Source: a virus
DNA length: 45,227 nucleotides
Strand: one strand, 5' to 3'
UHGV virus genome: UHGV-0391923
Shown here: piece after piece, positions 8,801 to 16,693 of the stretch
Layout of the letters: each line of letters opens with the position of its first letter
How positions within the stretch are numbered: position 1 is the first letter of the stretch
Position numbers and translations under genes: made by a program
The notes under the pieces: model-generated
Databases searched by the model: none
What the model was told of the DNA's origin: nothing
Seen by the model: the letters and a program-made list of their open reading frames with translations, nothing else

Positions 8801-9160
8801 GATATGCGGCGAAACTTCTTTTTTCGTTTCGTCAAATTTAAAGCCCGCATTCATCGCGTGATAAATCAATGACGCAATCGTGACAGGTCGGCCACCGCTA
8901 CCTTTGCGGAAAGTACGCCACCGCGCCTTGATGTTTTTCCGGTCATAAGTTGAACCTAAGCTTGACCATGCGTTCCATAGGTCGAAGCCCTCCTCGCCTA
9001 GCTCGGAATACAGCGCCATCCCTGCCATAAGCCACTGTGGACTGTCCTCATAATCTAAATAATACAAAGCCGTCCGTATCGTTTCTACGGATAACCCCTC
9101 AAAGTTATTTTTCATTACACCATTCCAAAAACCGAAAGTTATTGTCTTAAAGTTTGACAA
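5873..9160 (-). CDS. Bifunctional DNA primase-helicase: PriCT-2 N-terminal domain, DnaG-type TOPRIM, P-loop helicase domain
   Basis: PriCT-2-like WLMAGMALYSELGEEGFDLWNAWSS; TOPRIM ILICEGWATGATLHEA...ICADNDQ; Walker A FAPMGSGKTRN; Walker B LAIDEIS. The only in-frame start at the top is TTG at 9160. No CHC2 zinc finger present. Confidence 0.8.
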   Translation of the reverse strand: MSNFKTITFGFWNGVMKNNFEGLSVETIRTALYYLDYEDSPQWLMAGMALYSELGEEGFDLWNAWSSLGSTYDRKNIKARWRTFRKGSGGRPVTIASLIYHAMNAGFKFDETKKEVSPHIIQQRAERRKQLELEAQEEQKKVIQGYASAKNQAQQKWNAATPATSHPYLTKKDVMAHNTRVGKWVYRDDEGNLQTEENALLVPLYKAGQLVSMQGILPNGAKKLLYKGEKQGVYHDFGELTHTILICEGWATGATLHEATQLYTLAAIDAGNLIHVAKYIRRTYPLHRIIICADNDQYKKSNTGLKAAYTTSATVDADVVYPIFADVSGKPTDFNDLYFEGGYNAVLERVVKPTLYYARESGADAFNAFDLPYIDDAEKVLEESNAPLDIARAALVVAVRMSEKVPAFMNIETIRKFIAHPLLNPRTHTSIMCRVQWAIQNRKRMATTALRPQSWGKHEHVVVESLEEFVPTNPVSLVFAPMGSGKTRNVITPFSKIPDKTFGAIAHRRSLIADLSGKLGIDNYDDMTAAKADVSERMAICLPSIKSMQLQNFVGRIQNLAIDEISQNIRFTSSKECKVAGANQESVFLGLKQLVNESERVIVADASIDQTTLDFMQEARPDEIFTIVEQIPRNANRKCFLYGDRADLLTQVTIELQNGGNVWFSVESAERAEVLKQMFADDYDVLTITSKNSKTKQIKHFLENIEVESRKYRMVIASPAISSGVSVEHQKPLLDESGNQVYDEKGKPVFVPDPHFTMIAGMASGHSICFSDFAQMLGRVRYVPHYHVCLQANNKRYEHVNAQSILLGLRQAAALEGAVLKENEYSKFKAHIEATEEMYRADFANGFVWFLEYYCFEMMQAMVANVDYSLSDKMKLLTQELKATYRANIRSADKISTDKAREIEAKQNTTDEEEIQLVAFKIRSSLGFNLDHDIIDENIDMFENMPTLDRFARLMGYAFDIDDTDNNIALRRFYNAQIAAVGTIFENSDITSTFYGKAECDAIISRVSDNRNRFLLSSLKLIPSRYGQWREAKNGDLLNMGMPSNTSKSVAQILDKYGLSWKRATKGGERGYRVNMDSWNKMKAYAERRYKKALD

Positions 9161-9182
9161 TTAAATCAATGTTGATAATAAT
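9154..9182 (+). promoter_or_regulatory. Sigma70-like early promoter TTGACA-N16-TAATAA for the plus-strand replication operon; it overlaps the first codons of the divergent primase gene
   Basis: Consensus -35 and near-consensus -10 about 45 nt upstream of the 9227 ORF. Confidence 0.55.
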
Positions 9183-9191
9183 ATGTTATCA
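9173..9191. promoter_or_regulatory. Palindromic operator-like site TGATAAtaatatgTTATCA overlapping the -10 of the 9154 promoter
   Basis: 6-bp inverted half-sites with a 7-bp spacer. Confidence 0.4.
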
Positions 9192-9226
9192 TAAGATGCA
9201 AAGCAAGCTGTTTTAAAGGAGATGGA

Positions 9227-9451
9227 ATGAACACCCCCGAAAACTACGCCAAGCAAATTAAAAACGCCAAGCGGCATATTGAGAAGCGCGAAAAGACTGC
9301 CGATGTAAAGCATATCCGCGCCAAGTTAAAACGCATTAAAAAGGAACTAAATGCAATGGAGCCTGACGAGGATGAATTTCCATTGTACCGCGCTGGATTC
9401 CATGAAGCATTAAATAAGGCATTAACTAAGATTGACGAGGTTTTGAAATGA
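9227..9451 (+). CDS. hypothetical basic protein (74 aa)
   Basis: RBS AAGGAGATGGAATG. Confidence 0.55.
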   Translation: MNTPENYAKQIKNAKRHIEKREKTADVKHIRAKLKRIKKELNAMEPDEDEFPLYRAGFHEALNKALTKIDEVLK

Positions 9452-9465
9452 ATTATATATAAATA

Positions 9466-9494
9466 TTGAATTTGGTAAACAATTATCGTATTAT
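9466..9494 (+). promoter_or_regulatory. Promoter-like TTGAAT-N17-TATTAT upstream of the T5orf172 gene
   Basis: Hexamer match with correct spacing. Confidence 0.4.
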
Positions 9495-9515
9495 ATTTAA
9501 ATCAATCATTGTTTA

Positions 9516-10331
9516 GTGATGTTTAATATGAATAAAACATATCTAATATGCGAAAAACACAGCCCCTCTATTGTTAAAATAGGGGTTTCGTATGATGTTG
9601 AAAAAAGGCTATCAACACTAAAAAGCCAAACAAGAAAGGATTTGGAAATCGTATCTTTTATTGATATGGATATCGAGAAGTACGCACATCAGAAATTCGC
9701 AAGTCTATCAATTGGTGGTGAGTGGTTTATGGATGATGGCTCAATAAGAGCTTTCTTTGAAAACACCAGCGACATAAAAAGCCTATCAACTCATGACATG
9801 AATAACGATGGCAAAGTGAATGATAAAGAAATGTCGCCCATCATTGTTGTGGATGGCATGATTTCTATCACTAAAATTATCTCAGAAATAAACAAGCCAA
9901 GAAAGAGAAAGTTTAACTTATCTCAGTGGATAAAAACAAAAAGGATTCAAGCAAAAATAAAGAAACTTGAATCCTTGACTGGTAAAAATCAAATTGTCAT
10001 CGGCAGGGGTAGAAACTCATCAACGCTAATTAGTAAGGAGTTATTTTTATCTTTGGCAAGCGACATTGGCCTAAGTTTTGATATTAACGAGCTAAATTTA
10101 AGTGTAGAAGATGCACTGAAAACAGATTCGGCAACCTGCGAAATGATTGGAAGATTGTACCTAAACACATCAAATAAAACGGACTGGAATAACGAGATAG
10201 ATGCCATTTTAGGAATCTTGAAATCCGTACCTAGTGAGAAAGTAGAGTCTGTTTGCTCAAGCATATCTCAACTATCCACTATTATGGACAATGACGAAGC
10301 AGTAAGACTGGCCTTAGAAAAGAACAAGTAA
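9516..10331 (+). CDS. T5orf172-domain (GIY-YIG superfamily) protein, possible homing endonuclease
   Basis: TYLICEKHSPSIVKIGVSYDVEKRLSTLKSQ...LEIV...KYAHQKFASLSIGGEWF matches the T5orf172 pattern (KIG.T..l..Rl..L......GEWF). The track start is GTG; the ATG at 9519 is an alternative. Confidence 0.65.
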   Translation: MMFNMNKTYLICEKHSPSIVKIGVSYDVEKRLSTLKSQTRKDLEIVSFIDMDIEKYAHQKFASLSIGGEWFMDDGSIRAFFENTSDIKSLSTHDMNNDGKVNDKEMSPIIVVDGMISITKIISEINKPRKRKFNLSQWIKTKRIQAKIKKLESLTGKNQIVIGRGRNSSTLISKELFLSLASDIGLSFDINELNLSVEDALKTDSATCEMIGRLYLNTSNKTDWNNEIDAILGILKSVPSEKVESVCSSISQLSTIMDNDEAVRLALEKNK

Positions 10332-10388
10332 TAAAAATGGCTGTACTCATTTCTGAATACAGCCACCAATCAACATTTGGATAGTATC

Positions 10389-12176
10389 ATGATTAAAACC
10401 CTAAGACCATACCAAGAGGAAGCTGTAAACCGTACAATCCAGTGGATTAAAAAGAACAGTGAGCCATGCCTGTTGGATTTATCTGTCGGTGCAGGAAAGA
10501 CTGTAATTATTGCCAAGCTGTCTGAAATCATCTTGAGCATGGCACCACAGAAAAAGATTCTTGTGATTGCGCCAAACAAGGAGCTAATCGAGCAGAATTT
10601 CAAGGAGTACGTTGCATTCGGTGGTGAAGCATCCTATTACAGCGCGTCAATTGGCAAGTCGTTACGCAATCCAGTAATTTTTGCCAGTGAGCGCACATTT
10701 GATAAGGTCGCAGAAGAATATGGGGATAGATTTTCCACAGTTATCATTGATGAAGCTGACTGCACCACGCCGACCATCAAAAAGATTATTTCAGATATGC
10801 GCAAAGGAAATCCAAACTTGCGCGTTATTGGCTTATCTGGAACGTGCTTTGTAATCGGGAAAGGTTATATTTATGAGATTGACGAAAATAACCAAAAGCA
10901 AGATAACGCTGTTGATCCGTATTACAAAAAGTTGTTATATCGCGTCACCACGTTATCACTGATTGAGCAGGGTTATTTAACGCCTTTAGAATGCCCTGAC
11001 ACGTCAATTGCTTATGATGATTCAAATCTGAAAATGCGTGGCGGCAGCTTCACAAAAGAATCGCTTGATGAAGCATTTGTTGGTCAGGGTCGAAAAACTG
11101 CCGATATTGTGGCTGATATTGTTCGCAGAAGTAACGGAATTGATGCAGAAGGTGTGCTTATATTCGCGTCAACCATTGATCATGGGTATGAGATCATGGC
11201 GAGCCTGCCTGCGTATAACAGCGCATTCTTAACAGGCAAAACACCAAAGGCCGAACGCGAGCAAATTATTGCAGATTACAAAGCCAAAAAGATTAAATAT
11301 CTTGTGTCAATCATTATCACGACACGCGGATTCAATGCACCACATACAAACGCTGTAGCGATTTTAAGGCCCACAGAAAGCGCACGGCTGTTAATCCAGA
11401 TGGCAGGTCGTGCAATACGCCTATATGATGGCAAGGAAAAAGCCTATCTTTGGGATTACGCAGGAAACGTAGCAAGGTTTGCAGAAAAATCAGGAACGAT
11501 ATTTGAGCCTGATATTCAAGCGTTTGGAGAAAAAGCATCCGTTAAGCATCAGATCATTTGCCCGGATTGCAGCAATGTAAATGATGTTGTTCTTAGACCA
11601 AACCCTGACGGCTATGGCGTTGATGATTTCGGTTATTTTACCGATCTTACCAATGAAAGAATTGAGTATGAAGGCCAGCCATTCCCAGCACATTACGCCA
11701 GAAGATGCAGCCATATCGAGCCTTTAGGGAAAAACGAGTTTAAACGCTGTGACCATTATTGGTCATATAAAGAATGTCCTGCTTGTGGTGAAAAAAATGA
11801 TCTTGTTGCTAGGCGCTGTTTTGAGTGCAAAGCTGAACTCATAAACCCCAACGAAAAACTAATAGCCGAGTTCAAAGCATTCAAAAAAGATTTATCCCAG
11901 GTGCAAACCGATGCAATCAACTTCATCCGTAAAAAGCCGTTTAAATCCAAAGCGGGCAATGATGCGCTTATGGTCAGCTTCGGCACACCTGAGCGCATTG
12001 TTCAAGTCACACTGTCAAATAAAATCATGCCGAAATTTTACGACAAGTTTTTAAACGACCCGACTTTTAACCCGCGTACTATCACATACAAAAAGTCATC
12101 AAGTGGCTATATGCACATTTACGACTTCAACCGCGAAACTGATATAGAGAAATTTAACAGGGAGAATGCAGCATGA
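10389..12176 (+). CDS. SF2 DNA helicase (DEAD/DEAH-like) with C-terminal Cys-rich zinc-ribbon segments
   Basis: Motif I LSVGAGKT; II VIIDEADC; III LSGT; VI QMAGRAIR; CPDCSN...CPACGEKNDLVARRCFEC. ATG at 10389; the track's 10377 is a TTG. Confidence 0.8.
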   Translation: MIKTLRPYQEEAVNRTIQWIKKNSEPCLLDLSVGAGKTVIIAKLSEIILSMAPQKKILVIAPNKELIEQNFKEYVAFGGEASYYSASIGKSLRNPVIFASERTFDKVAEEYGDRFSTVIIDEADCTTPTIKKIISDMRKGNPNLRVIGLSGTCFVIGKGYIYEIDENNQKQDNAVDPYYKKLLYRVTTLSLIEQGYLTPLECPDTSIAYDDSNLKMRGGSFTKESLDEAFVGQGRKTADIVADIVRRSNGIDAEGVLIFASTIDHGYEIMASLPAYNSAFLTGKTPKAEREQIIADYKAKKIKYLVSIIITTRGFNAPHTNAVAILRPTESARLLIQMAGRAIRLYDGKEKAYLWDYAGNVARFAEKSGTIFEPDIQAFGEKASVKHQIICPDCSNVNDVVLRPNPDGYGVDDFGYFTDLTNERIEYEGQPFPAHYARRCSHIEPLGKNEFKRCDHYWSYKECPACGEKNDLVARRCFECKAELINPNEKLIAEFKAFKKDLSQVQTDAINFIRKKPFKSKAGNDALMVSFGTPERIVQVTLSNKIMPKFYDKFLNDPTFNPRTITYKKSSSGYMHIYDFNRETDIEKFNRENAA

Positions 12177-12415
12177 CGATGCAACAAGACGCAAGAAGAT
12201 ATATTGAGGAACACGGATTAAGTAAGGCGGCAAGGATTGCTAGTGTTAATCATGAATTTTATAGTGAGAAAACTGGCAGTTACTATGCCTCAAACAAGAA
12301 TCAATCCGTAAGCATTAAACATCTCAGGAAGGCAATAACGGAGTATTCAGAAATTGAGTCATTAAGAATAAAGCTTGATTTCTTAGTAAACAACTTTAAT
12401 GGTGTTAAGAAATGA
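12173..12415 (+). CDS. hypothetical protein (80 aa)
   Basis: ATGA overlap with the helicase stop. Confidence 0.5.
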   Translation: MTMQQDARRYIEEHGLSKAARIASVNHEFYSEKTGSYYASNKNQSVSIKHLRKAITEYSEIESLRIKLDFLVNNFNGVKK

Positions 12416-12534
12416 TCCGCTGCCACCGATGCAGTAAATTAAAAGAGCCAAGCCAATTCAGCAAATTAAAACCAGTGTGGTGTACTTGGTGCATCACTTG
12501 TCAAAATACACCAATCGGAGAAATGCCGAAATGA
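12412..12534 (+). CDS. 40-aa zinc-ribbon micro-protein (CxxC...CxxCxxC)
   Basis: MIRCHRCSKLKEPSQFSKLKPVWCTWCITCQNTPIGEMPK; ATGA overlaps at both ends link it to the upstream ORF and the VRR-NUC start. Confidence 0.4.
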   Translation: MIRCHRCSKLKEPSQFSKLKPVWCTWCITCQNTPIGEMPK

Positions 12535-12914
12535 TCCACATATACGGCCAACAACAAAAAGGCGACCAAGCCAAAGAGGGCGCGGAAATGTCCACGTTTT
12601 TTAATCAGTTGCAGAAACTACATCCCGACATACACGCCCTAGCAATCCATGTCCGCAACGAGGGCAAGCGCGACCATAAGCAAGTCGCAGTGATGAAAAT
12701 GCAGGGCGGTTTTGTCAAAGGTGCGCCCGATATTATTATTGCAGGGCATCCAATGTTTTTGTGTGAAATGAAATCAAAATCTAAATCATCACGGATTGCG
12801 AAAGAGCAGACCGAGTTTTTAGAGCGTGCAGACAAGAAAGGCTGTTTTTGTTGTGTCGCGTATGGCTGGGAAAGCGCGATGCAGGCGGTAGAGGATTGGC
12901 TTTCAGCGCTGTAA
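12531..12914 (+). CDS. VRR-NUC domain nuclease
   Basis: GAPDIIIAGHPMFLCEMKSKSKSSRIAKEQTEFLERADKKGCFCCVAYGWESAMQAVEDWL. ATG at 12531 has RBS GGAGA; the track's 12477 is a GTG. Confidence 0.75.
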   Translation: MIHIYGQQQKGDQAKEGAEMSTFFNQLQKLHPDIHALAIHVRNEGKRDHKQVAVMKMQGGFVKGAPDIIIAGHPMFLCEMKSKSKSSRIAKEQTEFLERADKKGCFCCVAYGWESAMQAVEDWLSAL

Positions 12915-12915
12915 A

Positions 12916-12945
12916 ACAAAAGCCCCTTAATTGGGGCTATTTACT
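12916..12945. terminator. Intrinsic terminator AGCCCCttaattGGGGCT with T-rich flanks
   Basis: Hairpin plus T-run immediately after the VRR-NUC gene. Confidence 0.6.
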
Positions 12946-12985
12946 TTGTTCGGTTATTAATGCTATATTCATCTTAACCATTCTC

Positions 12986-13014
12986 CTACCCTGCTAAAAC
13001 AGGGTATTTTTTTG
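12986..13014 (+). terminator. Second tandem terminator ACCCTGctaaaaCAGGGT followed by ATTTTTTT
   Basis: Hairpin plus 7-T run. Confidence 0.6.
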
Positions 13015-13015
13015 T

Positions 13016-13213
13016 CTATCGGTTTGCAACATAAGTGATTAAGTAGCCATCACTTGTCTTGATGTACGAATACTTTTTACTGTGACGCTTGCCATGATAA
13101 TACAAAGCGCGGGCAATCTGCATTTTGCCAAATTCACCATCAACCATGATGTTCTGCCCGATTTCATCAAGTGAAAGCAGTTGTTCAATAAAGTTTAGAG
13201 CTTCACCAGCCAT
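13016..13213 (-). CDS. Small 62-aa protein of unknown function, transcribed against the surrounding plus-strand operon
   Basis: Internal ATG at 13213 with AGGAA RBS; upstream codons of the full ORF coincide with promoter sequences. Own -35/-10 at 13245..13272 and a terminator on the minus side. Confidence 0.45.
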   Translation of the reverse strand: MAGEALNFIEQLLSLDEIGQNIMVDGEFGKMQIARALYYHGKRHSKKYSYIKTSDGYLITYVANR

Positions 13214-13220
13214 TAATAAA

Positions 13221-13241
13221 TTCCTAGTTGTTTGATATAAT
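13221..13241 (+). promoter_or_regulatory. Extended -10 promoter (17-mer TTTGATATAATTCTATT at 13231..13247), copy 2
   Basis: Identical 17-mer to 5201..5217. Confidence 0.5.
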
Positions 13242-13244
13242 TCT

Positions 13245-13272
13245 ATTATAAAGATAAAATCTATCATTGCAA
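13245..13272 (-). promoter_or_regulatory. Divergent minus-strand promoter TTGCAA-N16-TATAAT for the 13016..13213 gene
   Basis: Near-consensus hexamers, 16-nt spacer, back-to-back with the plus promoter. Confidence 0.5.
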
Positions 13273-13320
13273 TAACATTCTAACAATGTTAATATTCTGT
13301 CATTGTTTAGGAGAATGAAA

Positions 13321-13704
13321 ATGAATGAAGAAATGCAAATGCTTGCAGATAAGCTTGGTTTTGATTTAAAAAAGCTGCCTTATGGCTATCAATTCAGAAT
13401 CGGCAAACTTGTTTTGAATTACTATGACACGACTGGAACTGTAGTGATTAGCAAGCCAAAATCAGAGCCAAAAGTTAAGAAAAATGTTCCAGAATCGAAA
13501 CTTGAATCCATGCTTAAAAAGCTAAAAGGCAACATTGACACCAAAAAGCCAATTACAGGAGAGCAGGTAATTAGTTTTGTGATTGCTGGTGTTTCGGTAA
13601 AGCATAAGCGAGTTGGCGAAGAAGATTGGCGTACTCAAAACATTAAAACATTGCCACTAGACAGCTTTTTAAATAAAACTTTCATTTTTGAATTAGGAGA
13701 ATGA
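13321..13704 (+). CDS. hypothetical protein (about 127 aa from the ATG at 13321; the track start 13303 is TTG)
   Basis: AGGAGA RBS 7 nt upstream of the ATG. Confidence 0.55.
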   Translation: MNEEMQMLADKLGFDLKKLPYGYQFRIGKLVLNYYDTTGTVVISKPKSEPKVKKNVPESKLESMLKKLKGNIDTKKPITGEQVISFVIAGVSVKHKRVGEEDWRTQNIKTLPLDSFLNKTFIFELGE

Positions 13705-13705
13705 A

Positions 13706-14380
13706 ATGTCAAACCTACCAGCACAACAAAATAACTCAGCACTGACTGTCATTGAAAATATGGTTTCAAGCGGTAACTTCGATGTGAATGTCGCGCGTGA
13801 ACTTATCGAAATGCAAAAAGACATTATGAAGCAGCAAGCGATTATCAATTTTAATCACGACTTCTCTTTGATGTCTAAAAAGATTCCAGTGATTGCGCAC
13901 ACTAAAAAGTCATACAGCACGACATACGCACCATTAGAGGATATTGTTAAAATCGTGCAGCCGATTCTATCCGAGCATGGTTTTAGTGTGTCATTCAGCA
14001 CTCAGCAGAACAGCATTGAGTCAGTAAAGATTGTCTGCACACTGATGCACAAAGACGGCCATACAGCCACCACCGAGCTTGAATTACCAACCGAATCCGT
14101 CACCAAAGGCATGAACAAGATGCAGGCTATCGGTGCTGCAATCACCTACGGCAAACGCTATACGCTATGCGGCATTTTAAACATCACCACCACAGGAGAT
14201 GACTGTAACAATGGTTTTGCGGTGAATGCCAAGACAAGTAAGCCGCGTTTAACAGATGAGCAATTTAGCAAGGCTCTAGCCAAGATTCAGAACAATGAAT
14301 ACACGCTAGACAAACTACTAAATACCTATGAATTGAGCAATGAACAAATTATAGAGGTGGCGAAAAATGCTACAGTTTAG
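13706..14380 (+). CDS. erf: ERF-family single-strand annealing protein
   Basis: MNKMQAIGAAITYGKRYTLCGILNI matches the ERF signature (GsAiTYARRYaL). Confidence 0.75.
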   Translation: MSNLPAQQNNSALTVIENMVSSGNFDVNVARELIEMQKDIMKQQAIINFNHDFSLMSKKIPVIAHTKKSYSTTYAPLEDIVKIVQPILSEHGFSVSFSTQQNSIESVKIVCTLMHKDGHTATTELELPTESVTKGMNKMQAIGAAITYGKRYTLCGILNITTTGDDCNNGFAVNAKTSKPRLTDEQFSKALAKIQNNEYTLDKLLNTYELSNEQIIEVAKNATV

Positions 14381-14996
14381 AGCGTCAAGCGTTGGTTCAA
14401 TCATGGCGTATCCTGAAAAAGATACGCTGCCGAAAGGCGCAATGACTTACCTTGAGGATATGGCAAGCAAAATTATTCTTGGATGGTCGGAGAGCCTTGA
14501 TACTTTTGAGATGCAAAAAGGCCGTGAAGTTGAGGATGAATCTATTGCGCTTTTCAATCAGGTTTCAGGCAACTTTTTTATCAAGAATGCGGAACGGAAA
14601 ACAACCGAACTTTTCACGGGCGAGTGCGATATTCATGACTCGGACAGCAGCACGATATGGGATACTAAAAGCTCATATAGCAAGAAAACGCATAACCTTT
14701 TCCTAGACATTAACAGCAACAAACTGTATTTTTGGCAGCTTGTGCAATATGCCGTGATGTGGGAAACGGATAACGCAGGATTGGCGCGGATTCTAGTAGA
14801 CACACCACCACACTTGATTAAAGCTAGTGACCCGATAGATTGGCATGAAGTGAGCCATATTGACCCGAAATACCGCGTCACGACTGCATCAATGCAAGTC
14901 ACACAAGAACTGAAAGAGCAACTGATTAACCGCGCTACATTGGCGCAAAACAAACTTAAAGAAATGTTAGATGATAAGGGTTTTGAGTATGAATGA
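14367..14996 (+). CDS. Putative PD-(D/E)XK recombination exonuclease (YqaJ/lambda-exo-like), partner of ERF
   Basis: Immediately follows erf; QFRASSVGSIMAY...KGREVEDESIALF...ECDIHDSDSSTIWDTKSS resembles the YqaJ motif pattern. Confidence 0.5.
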   Translation: MLQFRASSVGSIMAYPEKDTLPKGAMTYLEDMASKIILGWSESLDTFEMQKGREVEDESIALFNQVSGNFFIKNAERKTTELFTGECDIHDSDSSTIWDTKSSYSKKTHNLFLDINSNKLYFWQLVQYAVMWETDNAGLARILVDTPPHLIKASDPIDWHEVSHIDPKYRVTTASMQVTQELKEQLINRATLAQNKLKEMLDDKGFEYE

Positions 14997-15345
14997 ACAA
15001 GACTATGACAAAATGACAGCGGCACTATCAAAAGCAGGCAGTGATATTATTAATGAATTAAGCCCTGAAAAAGCCGACCTCTTGCACATGGCTGTGGGTG
15101 TGGCGGGTGAAGCGGGTGAGCTATTGGATGCTGTTAAGAAAGCAACAATCTACAATAAGCCGCTTGACCATGAAAACATGATTGAAGAACTTGGCGACTT
15201 GGAATTTTATATGAGCCGCATTCGTCAATTGCTTGGTGTGAGCCGTGATGAGGTTTTAGAACACAACTATGCAAAGTTATCTAAACGCTATGCAAAAGGC
15301 CAATACAGCAATAAACAAGCGCAAGAGCGCGCAGACAAGGAATAA
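14971..15345 (+). CDS. MazG-like nucleotide pyrophosphohydrolase
   Basis: GVAGEAGELLDAVKK and EELGDLEFYM acidic motifs. Confidence 0.7.
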   Translation: MIRVLSMNEQDYDKMTAALSKAGSDIINELSPEKADLLHMAVGVAGEAGELLDAVKKATIYNKPLDHENMIEELGDLEFYMSRIRQLLGVSRDEVLEHNYAKLSKRYAKGQYSNKQAQERADKE

Positions 15346-15348
15346 GTA

Positions 15349-15987
15349 ATGACCGTTAAATTAATGTGGGCAACACAAAATGCCGACTTCATGATTGCTA
15401 AAATGGCACGTGTGTCAAACCCCGACAACCAAGACAATGCAGAATTTAAACGCTTGCTGAATTACTTAATGAAGCACAACCATGTTTCACCGTTCGAAAT
15501 GGCTTCAATGTGCGTTCAGATTGACACCACGCGCGATATTAGCCGTCAGATTTTGCGCCATCGTTCTTTTAGCTTCCAAGAATTTTCAGGCAGATACGAA
15601 AATATGACGAAGCTGGGTGACATGGTGAAGCGTGAATGTCGATTACAAGATACTAAAAATCGACAGTCATCATTAGAAACGGAAAGCACAACCACTATTG
15701 TTGATTTCAATAAATCTCAGCGTGAAGTTTGGCGAACCGCCATAGATAACTATAATTTAGCTATATTAAACGGCATCGCCAAAGAGCAAGCTCGCGCCTT
15801 ATTACCCGAAGGCTTAACACCAACGCGTTTATACATGACAGGAACAATTCGGAGCTGGCTGCATTACATCCAAGTGCGAGCAGACGAAACAACACAAAAA
15901 GAGCATCGTATAATTGCACAAGGTGCATTAGATGTATTGCGTCAAGTTGCACCAATCACAGCAGCAGCATTTTTTGGAGATAAATAA
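15349..15987 (+). CDS. thyX: Flavin-dependent thymidylate synthase ThyX
   Basis: ThyX signature RHRSFSFQEFSGRY (RHR-x7-S). Confidence 0.85.
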   Translation: MTVKLMWATQNADFMIAKMARVSNPDNQDNAEFKRLLNYLMKHNHVSPFEMASMCVQIDTTRDISRQILRHRSFSFQEFSGRYENMTKLGDMVKRECRLQDTKNRQSSLETESTTTIVDFNKSQREVWRTAIDNYNLAILNGIAKEQARALLPEGLTPTRLYMTGTIRSWLHYIQVRADETTQKEHRIIAQGALDVLRQVAPITAAAFFGDK

Positions 15988-16205
15988 TGCTTGAACTATT
16001 TTTTAAACATCTAGATTACATCGGCATTAAGTCAAGCCTTGAACACGAATCATGCGAAAAGCGAGGATTTAAATTCACCGATGCAGAAACACAAAAGCAC
16101 TGGCTTTCGTTCTGTGCAGTTCATAAAGGAGGCTACAAACAAGGCCGCGTGGATGCGCTTAATCAGATTTCAATACATTGTATTAATGAGTTGAATAATG
16201 TCTAA
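15987..16205 (+). CDS. hypothetical protein (72 aa)
   Basis: ATGA overlap with the thyX stop. Confidence 0.5.
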   Translation: MLELFFKHLDYIGIKSSLEHESCEKRGFKFTDAETQKHWLSFCAVHKGGYKQGRVDALNQISIHCINELNNV

Positions 16206-16347
16206 CTCAACGCACTACAATAACATTCTGGGCATGTATTACATGCTCAAGGATGGTGATGTTTACATGTGGCACGATAACCGCTGGCGACTGTCAGCAT
16301 TTAAAGAAAATGATTTAACTGAATTGAATGGGTTTGAAGAATTATGA
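16198..16347 (+). CDS. hypothetical 49-aa protein (MSNSTHYNNILGMYYMLKDGDVYMWHDNRWRLSAFKENDLTELNGFEEL)
   Basis: Fills the gap between flanking ORFs, overlapping both. Confidence 0.35.
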   Translation: MSNSTHYNNILGMYYMLKDGDVYMWHDNRWRLSAFKENDLTELNGFEEL

Positions 16348-16604
16348 ATTATTTAAATGAAGCTGTACTTATTATTGCAACTTATATTCTTATTAAGGCA
16401 GTTATTAGCTTTAAACGAGCATTAAAGATCAAGAATATTGCTATAGCAAGAAAAGAGCTTGATCGTGACTATGAGAAGAAGCTAAAAGCCCTCAATAGTA
16501 ACAATGCTAAAACGCTGTTATCAATGGCGCGTCAGATTGGGTTTGCTGTATCAGGCGTGCTGATTATCGCATCATCCTACGCGCTTTACTTTATCTTGAA
16601 ATAG
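16344..16604 (+). CDS. Two-TM membrane protein (86 aa)
   Basis: Hydrophobic N- and C-terminal helices; last gene before a bidirectional terminator. Confidence 0.5.
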   Translation: MNYLNEAVLIIATYILIKAVISFKRALKIKNIAIARKELDRDYEKKLKALNSNNAKTLLSMARQIGFAVSGVLIIASSYALYFILK

Positions 16605-16608
16605 AACA

Positions 16609-16630
16609 AGGGCCACACGGCCCTTTCTAA
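16609..16630. terminator. Bidirectional terminator AGGGCCacacGGCCCT between the early operon and the lysis cassette
   Basis: GC hairpin plus T-run. Confidence 0.55.
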
Positions 16631-16693
16631 TTAACGCACTGCACACAAATAGTAACGCTTATTTTGCTATTAATACTGTGAGCAGTACATCCA

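Noticed and set aside
10339-10364. Hairpin GGCTGTA-N12-TACAGCC between the T5orf172 gene and the helicase
   Set aside because: No T-tract; could be an RNA structure, but evidence is too thin to call a terminator or attenuator
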